Assembly (NCBI RefSeq): GCF_009914755.1
Contig: NC_060927.1
DNA from: the human T2T-CHM13v2.0 reference genome, Homo sapiens
Strand: one strand, 5' to 3'
DNA: 64,000 bases
Made by a program: the position numbers and the translations under genes. Under the pieces are notes generated by a model. That model ran no database searches, was not told the origin of the DNA, and was given only the letters and a program-made list of their open reading frames with translations. How positions within the stretch are numbered: position 1 is the first letter of the stretch; the number at the start of each line of letters is the position of its first letter. This document shows, in pieces, positions 55,745 to 64,000 of this stretch.

Positions 55745-56061
55745 TATTATTTTTGAGGCAAAGTCTCACTTTGTCGAGCAGGCTAGCATGGAGTGGCACG
55801 ATCTTGGCTCATTGCAACCTCCTGGGTTCAAGCGATTCTCCTGCCTCAGCCTCCCAAGTAGCTGGTTCTACAAGCATGTGCCACCATACTCGGCTAATTT
55901 TTTTTTTTTTTTTTTGTATTTTTAGTAGAGACGGGGTTTCACCATGTTGGCCAGGCTGGTCTTGAACTCCTCCCTCGAGTTCCAAAGGCGGATCGAGTTG
56001 ATCCGCCTGCCTTGGCCTTCCAAAGTACGGGGATTGCAGGCGTGAGCCACGGTGCCTGGCC
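55745..56061 (-). mobile_element. Alu (AluS-like) nested in a MIR (~55640-56210)
   Basis: Alu body with TSD-like AAGTATAAATTATT on both sides. The MIR core ATAAGGAAACTGAG follows. Confidence 0.9.
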
Positions 56062-56767
56062 CCAAAGTATAAATTATTTTATACACATTTTTCAAATAAG
56101 GAAACTGAGCCACAGAAAATGGAAGTCATTGCCTAAGGTCACATATGTAGTTTGTGATTTGAGTCGGGCAGTATGATTCTGGAGGCTGAGGTTTTCACCA
56201 CACTGGGATATCTTTACTTGATTAGTAAGCTTATCAAGCGTCTTAGTTATACTACTATTGAAGTAAATATACTATTATTACTTCAATAATAGTATAGTAA
56301 GTATACTATTATTGAAGACCTTTTTAAGGGAGGCTTCTGACTTCCTGTTTAGATTTGTACTTCTGGTTTTGATACTGATGCATGGCCGTCATTGTGAGAT
56401 TTTATTTTATTGCACTTCTGGTTGGGTCCATGTCTTTCTCTTTCTTCCATTTTATTTAACTTTTAACTGACATCAAATGACAAATAAGTTTTTCAGAAAG
56501 GGTAACTGGGAAGTAAAATTTCCAAGTGCTTGCATGTTTAAAAAGTCATTGTATCCTCACACCTGATAGATAGTATGACTAGCTATAGAATTTAGGTTGA
56601 AAATGAACGTCTATCAGAACTTAACCAGCATTGCTGCATCTTCTAACATCCAGTATGATTGGTGAAAAGTCTGATGCCAGTTCTTTTGCATATATATGCA
56701 CACATATATATTAATACACATACAAGCACACATGCATACACATATATATGCAAAAGAGATATGTATC

Positions 56768-56833
56768 TTGTTAATTCCCAGAGCCTAGACAAGGCTGGGC
56801 ACATAGTAGGTACTCCATAAATATTTATTGAGT
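56768..56833 (+). repeat. 66-bp dispersed duplicate of 54777-54842
   Basis: 63/66 identical by manual alignment. Confidence 0.92.
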
Positions 56834-57104
56834 ATATATATATATGGCATATATATATATATATGCCCCTTTGGAAGTTTTACTTCTTCTGTTTATTGTT
56901 GATATTTCAAAATCTCATGAGAATATATTTAGGTGTAGGCCTTTGTGTTCAGTAATTGCAGCATCCAAGATGGGCTTGCTACTGCTCTAGGAGTTTTTTT
57001 TTTCCTATGGGTGTTTTATTTCCTTTCTTCCAACTCCTTTTTTTCCTCATCTTTGGAACTCCTGTTGGGTTGGTATTAGAATTCCTGGATTGAAGTTAGA
57101 GCTA

Positions 57105-57506
57105 TGATACAGTTTGGATATTTGTCCCCACCCAAATCTCATGTTGAATTGTAATTCCCCAATGTTGGAGGTGGGGCCTGATGGGAGGTGTTTGGGTCAT
57201 GGAGGCGGATCCCTCGTGGCTAGGTGCTGTTGTCCCAGTAGTGAGTAAATTCTCACAAGATCTGGTTGTTTAAAGTATGTGGCACCTCTCCCACTTTCTC
57301 TTGTTCCTGCTTTCACCACGTGACATGCCTGCTTCCACTTTGCCTTCAGCCATGAGTAAAAGCTCCTGAGGCTTCCCCAGAAGCCGAGCAAAGGCAGGAA
57401 CCATTTGTTACAGCCTGCAGATTTGTGAGCCAATTAAATCTGTTTTCTTTATAAATTATGCAGTCTCAGGTATTTCTTTATAGCAATGCAATAATGGCTT
57501 TACACA
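57105..57506 (+). mobile_element. MSTA/MSTB MaLR solo LTR
   Basis: TGATACAGTTTGGATATTTGTCCCCACCCAAATCTCATGTTGAATTG... with 5-bp TSD-like AGCTA/ATCTA. Confidence 0.88.
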
Positions 57507-57609
57507 ATCTATCATATCATTTAAGTTTTTCTCTTCCTTTAAAAAAACTTCTTCTTCCTATTTTTTATCTGTAATCTTTCTTTGACTTTGTCTTCTAGCT
57601 CTTATATAG

Positions 57610-57925
57610 TTTTTTTATTTTTAATTTTTGTGGGTACATAGATGATATATTTATGGTGACATATTTATATATGTTTGTGGGTACATGGGTGATATATTTA
57701 TGCGGTACATGAGATATTTTGACATAGACATACAATGTGTAATAATCACATCAGGGTAAATGGAGTATCTGTCATGTCAATAATTTATCCCTTCTTTGTG
57801 TTACAACAATCCAATTATATTCTTTTAGTTATTTTAAAATGTATAATAAATTATTGTTGACTGTAGTCACCCTGTTGTGCTATCAAATACTAGATCTTAT
57901 TCATTCTAATTATATTTTTGTACCT
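57610..57925 (-). mobile_element. L1MA-type 3' end
   Basis: TTTTAATTTTTGTGGGTACATAG...CATCAGGGTAAATGG...GTAGTCACCCTGTTGTGCTATCAAATACTAG. Confidence 0.8.
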
Positions 57926-58327
57926 ATGGTTTTTATTTTGACAGTTATTTTTTAATTTGCAAAACATTGTATTTGTTCTCTGTCCTGTGTTGAAGTGTTT
58001 GGTTCTGTTTTGATGGTTGTAGTCTCTTTTCAGTCTGTACATGCCTCCTTGGTAATCAGTCATTCTTTTTGCCTTAGAGATTCACTTACAAGCTGTTGAT
58101 TTCCCTTAAATGTTTGTTAAACCTTGGCGGCTTGTTCCTTTTTGTAAAAAAAGGATTAGACTGATTAATATGGACCACTAAGGCAGTTCTAAAGTTTTCT
58201 TCTGTAGCTGAGTTGATCCATTTTCACAGCAAATCTCAGCATACTTCCCTTCTTAAAAAATGCCAAAATAGGATGGACGTTACTGTGCAGAACCACTACT
58301 TATGTGAAAAAGTCAGTATTCTCAAGA

Positions 58328-58747
58328 TGCTGTGATGTCAGTATTTTTGTCCCCTCCAAAATTCATGCTGAAATTTAATCCTAAATGCAGCAATATCAAG
58401 GAGTTGTGGCCTTTAATAGGTGACTAGGCCATGAGGGCTCCCCTCTGGTGAAGGGGAGTCGGTGCCTTTATAAAAGGGCTTGAGGGAGGGAGTTTGTCCC
58501 TTTCTGCCCTTCTGCCTTCTGCCGTGTGAGGACACAGCATTCCTCCCCTCTGGAGACCACAGCATTCAAGACACCATTTTGGAGGCAGAGACAGGATCCT
58601 CAGTTAAACATCAAATTTGCCTCTTTGCTCTTGGACTTCCCATCCTCCAGAGCTGGGAGAAATACATCTGTTCTTTATAAATTCCTCAGTCTGAGTCTCA
58701 ATTTATAAATTACCCAGTTTTTATAGCAGCACAAGCAGACTAAGACT
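58328..58747 (+). mobile_element. MSTC/MSTD-like MaLR LTR
   Basis: GTCCCCTCCAAAATTCATGCTGAAATTTAATCC...GTGAGGACACAGC...TTATAGCAGCACAAGCAGACTAAGAC. Confidence 0.8.
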
Positions 58748-59324
58748 TACAAGAGAAATACTCAACATTTTTATAGGACAGAGCTCTGGCTTTATGTGGA
58801 GGCCAATCACGTGGCTGACATGTTCACTAATAAACGTGGAAGTGAGAGATGTAGGAACTCTGGTTTGGCTGTTTTGTATTCTGCCCTTTAATTAATCACT
58901 CTGATTACAGCCCCCAGATACATTTTTGCTCCCTGAACCTTTCACTCTGAGCTTGGAGGTTCTCTGCATCTCCTCCAGGAAAAATGGTTCCAACTTCTGC
59001 TTGAGCCTTATTTTCTTTGCACTCTGAGATTCAGTTTTCTATGCACCATTAGCTTATTCCCTAATAGAGTCACATCTACTTTTGGCTTATATGATTTCAC
59101 TAAAGTCTCTGGGTTATATGTATTTGGGGGCCAGTTTTACATTTTATCTAAGTGAAATTAGAATAAAGTGAGTATCATGGGAAGACTTTAGGGAAAAGAC
59201 ATCATGGAAAGTCAACATGTGGCTTGAGGAGAAGATGTGAAGGGGAGTCTGTTTTATAGACGATAGTTCTCCCATGGGTTAATGAGGCTGATTGTAAAGA
59301 TTGCATACATTAAATACCCTAGAG

Positions 59325-59530
59325 CAAGTTTGTCTAACCTGCAGCCCATGGGGGCTTTGAATGCAGCCCATCACAAATTCACAAACTTTCTTAAAACATT
59401 ATGAGATTTTTTTTTGCAATTTTTTTTAGCTCATCAGCTATAATTAGTATTACTGTATTTTATGTGTGGCCCCAGACAATTGTTCTTCTTGCAATGTGGC
59501 CCAGGAAAGCCAAAAGATTGGACAGCCCTG
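59325..59530. mobile_element. MER30 hAT-Charlie MITE
   Basis: Perfect 8-bp TSD CCCTAGAG at 59317-59324 and 59531-59538. Ends GGAAAGCCAAAAGATTGGACAGCCCTG. Confidence 0.88.
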
Positions 59531-59779
59531 CCCTAGAGGTTTTTTAATGGTGATAAATTTTATTTTATTTTCCCCCACAAACACCAGCAACATGAACTAT
59601 CCCCTCCAGCTGCTGAGTATCTCACAGAGTTATTCCCCAGCCATAACCTTTAACAGTCCAGTGGACCTCCAGGACTCACAGCATAGAACAATTGTTTGTA
59701 TCTATATTGACTAGAGAAGGGGCTGGGCATGCTATGCTGGGACCAGCTCTGGCATCTTTCTAACTTGGTATTCTGTGTT

Positions 59780-61290
59780 TATTTTACAATAGCATACTTT
59801 TTCTCCCATAAATATTAGTTTATTGTGAAAATCTGAAAAATTCAGAAGAGCTGAAATATTAAATATCATTCAATATTTCTCCACTCAGAAAAAGGTTAAT
59901 ATTTCAGTGCATGTCTTTCTGATTTTTTGAGAAGAAATAGGTAGCATGCAATATATACTTTTTATTTGACTAAAAAATTCATAGCTCTTGTCTTTAAATA
60001 TTCTTCAAAAACATGATCCTTTATGGTTACATGATGTTTATCACATGGCTATTTATAGTTTATTTAACTGTTCTCTGCTTTTGATGTTTGAAATATTCCT
60101 GAAGTTTTTCTATTATGAATAATACTATGAGGAATTTCTTATTCATAAAGCTTTTTTGTACATTTATTAGTTCATTGAATTAATTCTTAAAATGGCAGAT
60201 ATAGGCCAAAGTGTTTCAATACGTTTTGGAGCTTTTGATACATAATGGCAAATTGCCCATCTGTTGAGAGTGTATCACTGGATACCCTTTTTGTTAGTGT
60301 GTAAGAATCCCCCTTTGCCTGAACTAGCATCTAAACTTTATTATCTTAAAAGAAAAGGGCTGGGAAAAAGATTTTCCATTAGCATGATAGGAGGAAATAT
60401 TTTTCAGTGTTTCCCCATGCATTTTTTTTTAATTCTTAGTGAGATTAAACATCTATCTATTTCATTCGCATTTCTTCTTTTGTGATTTTTCCCTGTTCAG
60501 ATCTTTTGCCCATTTTTTCTGTTAGCGTGCTTCTCCTTTACTAATTTATTTGTAAGACTTTTAGAGATGAATAATATTGACTCTTCTGTTTTATATATAC
60601 AAATAGCTATAGATATACATGTATTAATAAGTATAAACAATGTTCAGGTCTATGATTTTGTTTAGAATTTTAGAAAATTGATCAGTTTAACTTTTTTTGC
60701 CTAAATACTTTGTATTATGGATTTATTTGCTTTGGCATTTTTGACAGTTAAATCTTTAAAACATCTGTAATTTACCTTTGTGCAAGTGTGGTACGGAGAT
60801 TTAACTTTATTATCTTAACAAATGGCCAGTTGTACCAACATCATCCACTGAATTATATTTTAATTACCCACCAAATTGAAATGTTATTTTTGAAATATAA
60901 CTGAGCATTAAGATCTGCTTCAATGATATCAATATTTTCTAACCTATGCACCTGCTTCCTCCTAAAGCAGTACTGTACTTTAATTAATGTATTTTTATAA
61001 TTTATTTATAAAAATTATTAGTTTATAATGTATTTTTATAATTTATTCTTATATGTGGTAGATTTGCCTTTTCCAAAAATTTGAAAGCAATTAGTGACTG
61101 CTTATTCTTTTGCATAAACTTCAGAATAATTTAACTGTACACTTTCCTATCCCTAATCTATGGAACCTACTGAATTAAGCCTGTAAATTAATTTGAAGAA
61201 AACTAACATGTTTATACTGCTCAGGCTTCTCCGTCCAACATGGTCTATCTTTTCATTTATTCAGATAGTTAACTTGTTTTTATATAATTA
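59780..61290 (-). mobile_element. Degenerate old L1 (L1ME-like)
   Basis: AT-rich L1 antisense motifs (TTCAGATCTTTTGCCCATTTTTCT; CCAGTTGTACCAACATCAT). Confidence 0.55.
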
Positions 61291-61334
61291 GCAAAATATT
61301 TGCAATATAATATATTAAATAAACCCATAGAATA

Positions 61335-61535
61335 ATGCAGCAATGTGGTTTGGCCCAAGCAGTCCTGGACTAGAAATCAGAAAACCTGAATTTTTGCCCC
61401 AACTTTACCACCAACTGGCTGTGTGAACTTGGACAGGAAGTATCGTTGGGCTTTTGTGTTTTCACCTGTAATATGAGGAAGGCTTGATTAAGTTCTCTAA
61501 GATTTCTTCCAGCAACAACAGTCTGTGATTCTATG
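61335..61535 (+). mobile_element. MIR3/MIRb
   Basis: CTGGACTAGAAATCAGAAAACCTG...TTCACCTGTAATATGAGG...TCTAAGATTTCTTCCAGC...TGTGATTCTATGA. Confidence 0.7.
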
Positions 61536-63379
61536 AATCATGATGCAAAATTTGTATAGCACGTGTCCCCCAAAGGAGGAGTAATGTTACCATAGTTCAC
61601 TGCACCAACGTCACAGGCATCCGCAGAAACTTGATTGGACATATTTACTCCTTAGATGAAATTCACCAAGAAACAGAACTGTGTATACGATGGACATAAT
61701 TGCATCTCATATATTCAGCTTTCAGTGCTGTAATAAAAACAAATTTAAAACCACTCCGCAATGCCATTGTTGCAGTTCCAAAGCTAGGGTGAGATATGAG
61801 CTCTCAATGGGGAGGAGGTGGGCCTCATGTAGGAGGCATGAGCTGTTACCATTTTGCGAAGCTCCAGGGAAGCAAAATAAAAGAAACACAACGGCTTTGA
61901 AGGTCTCTGCCAAACTCTTCTTAAGAGCAATAGAATTAGGAGGAAAATGTAGCCTCTAAGAACATAACCAAGAATTTAATACTCCCCCTTGGAGCCTACA
62001 AAACAAAAATATAATCATCTTCATCTCATGATTAAAAAAGAAAACACGAAGCACAGTGGCTTTGCTCGATCTCTTTAATTGGATTATAAAGCTGAGATGG
62101 AAATTCTTTTGCAGTGAAGTGGCCCAAACGTTATGGCCAGAACAGAATAACTCAAAGCAGAGCTTCAGGTCCACCCAGGACTTTTAATTCCTGGAAAAAT
62201 GGGGTTTAATTTCTACATCGTAAATGGTTTTAACCTGCAAAACTTTTCCTACTGCTTTTTTGAAACAATTCAATTTCAGGAACAATAGAGGCTTGAACTC
62301 AGCTTGGTTTTGGCCATTAATAGCTCTCATTTGGATAAATATTTTTGGAAGCTCTTTTTTTCTCTTATAAAAAATGAACTGGTGATGCATAAGCAAATAC
62401 TCAAAGAAGGGTTTAATATATTGATATATTAAACACAGATAGAAACACAGGACACACTGATGGAATGTATTATGGACGTAAGCCATAAAACTGTTTTCAA
62501 TTTCTTTTGGTGTTAAGATACAGCATAAGAAACTAGTCAATTTCTGGAGTCTCTTGAGGCAATTTGCATATAGAATGTTTATTGCAGGATGGCAGATGTG
62601 ACTTTGAATAAGTGGAGCCAGTTCTGAATTTTGCCTCCCATCTCTGTCCAGGCTACCGGCATCTGGAGGATGTGGCCATGCTGCATTAAGAAAAATGATT
62701 CAAGCGATTGAGAAACAGTATTAGGTCTTCCTCACAGAATTTATATAATTTTAATTTAAGTTGTAGCAAATTGATGTAACAATGCTGAAGGTTTCTGTGA
62801 GATGAGCCCCCTGAGGAACTCTTTCAAAATCAAGAGAAATATTTGGTTTTCTTCCAGCCCCAGAAACCTTTGATTTTTTTTTTTAAAGATGGTATAACAT
62901 AAATTCACTCTGTTTGTATACACTGAGATCTTTTCCCATTTTATTGTGAAAGATAGCTTACTGTGAAGCCTCATTTACAGCTAGATTCTAGGAAAGCATT
63001 TAATTATATGCCAGGGGATGAAGTGAGGGTTTATGTGGGTCAAAGAGTGACGAAGATCCTATGAAAAGCGATAAGGATCGAAAGAGGTTCATTTGTCAAA
63101 TTATAAAACCAAACAGATAATTTTCTTTGACTTCATTCTTACCTAAGAAAGATGTAGTGTGAACCAATCTTCCTGTAAACAGAACAATTGTTCTCTCTAG
63201 GGGTCCTGGGAAAGGGGAGGAGGAGTAGAGAGAGCTCCACAGGTTACAGCTCATTTCGGACTTTTCATTGCAAATGCAATGGTGGCAGTGGACGAGGTGC
63301 ACTTTGTCTTCCAGCTGCTTTCGCGGCTATGCCCTAATGCTGCACATGCCCACCAGCCTCTGCTGTGCTGGTCACTTTT

Positions 63380-63670
63380 CCAGCCACCCTCCATGGGTTC
63401 CTAGTGTTTCTCAAGAGCAAGTGTTACCTCCTCAGGGAGGCCTTCCATGACCTTGTCATGTAAATGAGATGTACCAGCTGTATACGCTCATGATATTTTG
63501 TGGGTGTTTCCTTTTCAGCTCCCACCACTGTCCGTAAACGCGCATTTATTTGTGTGCTTAATTGGCTTCTCTGGCCAGGCTCTACATCCCAGTCAGGGTT
63601 CACTGATGCCTTTCCAGCACCTGAAACTGGCCTGCCACAGAGAAGGTGCCAGTAAATCCTTGGGGACAAA
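63380..63670 (+). mobile_element. L2 3' fragment
   Basis: GTTACCTCCTCAGGGAGGCCTTCCATGACC. Confidence 0.55.
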
Positions 63671-64000
63671 TGAGTAAGCTTCGTGGTTTTCCAAGGAAGA
63701 CTGGTCTCTATCCCCCTGCCTTGTCCAGGCAGAATTCGCCACCAGCTTGATTTCCATCTGTCTCCTTTTGACTTTCTCTTTTCCTTTCTCTGCCTTTCTT
63801 TTCTTTCCCATGTTCATTTGTAACAACTTTATTGGTTTCCTTGTTTTTTCTCCCATGTTGCTCTAGAAGAAAACAGATGGGTAGAGGATTTCAGATGAAT
63901 ACTGAATATCACATCCCCATTGATGAGATCATTTCAGAATTTTCTAAAATTATTCTTCACGGTCACATGGCCAGGGAGAAAATATGCCTGGGTTTTTGAG

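Noticed and set aside
57627-57702. Short direct repeat TTTGTGGGTACAT..TGATATATTTATG
   Set aside because: Local slippage duplication in an L1MA 3' end, not an array.

Overview
Primate (hominoid-like) intergenic DNA, repeat-dense, with no intact multi-exon gene that I can support. The central feature is a full-length processed retrocopy of PBX2 mRNA (37453-40656, + strand). It has a 5'UTR, intronless CDS, complete 3'UTR, AATAAA, a poly(A) tail and a 14-bp TSD, and fits the known PBX2P1 pseudogene. It carries one +1 G-run frameshift near codon 17, then a 411-codon uninterrupted frame with an essentially intact PBC domain but homeodomain W48R/R53K changes. The rest is Alu, L1 (including a short young L1PA2-like insert), L2, MIR, MaLR LTRs, a HERV-W LTR17 solo LTR with TSD, Tigger3b, MER5A and MER30. 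Less obvious signals are a probable heavily decayed piggyBac transposase relic (about 4.75-5.75 kb, minus strand) and a cluster of templated fold-back repair scars at 55.9-56.9 kb, including a 66-bp copy of sequence from 2 kb upstream. Repeat family names and PBX2 comparisons are from recalled consensus sequences, not database searches. Boundaries of old repeats are approximate.
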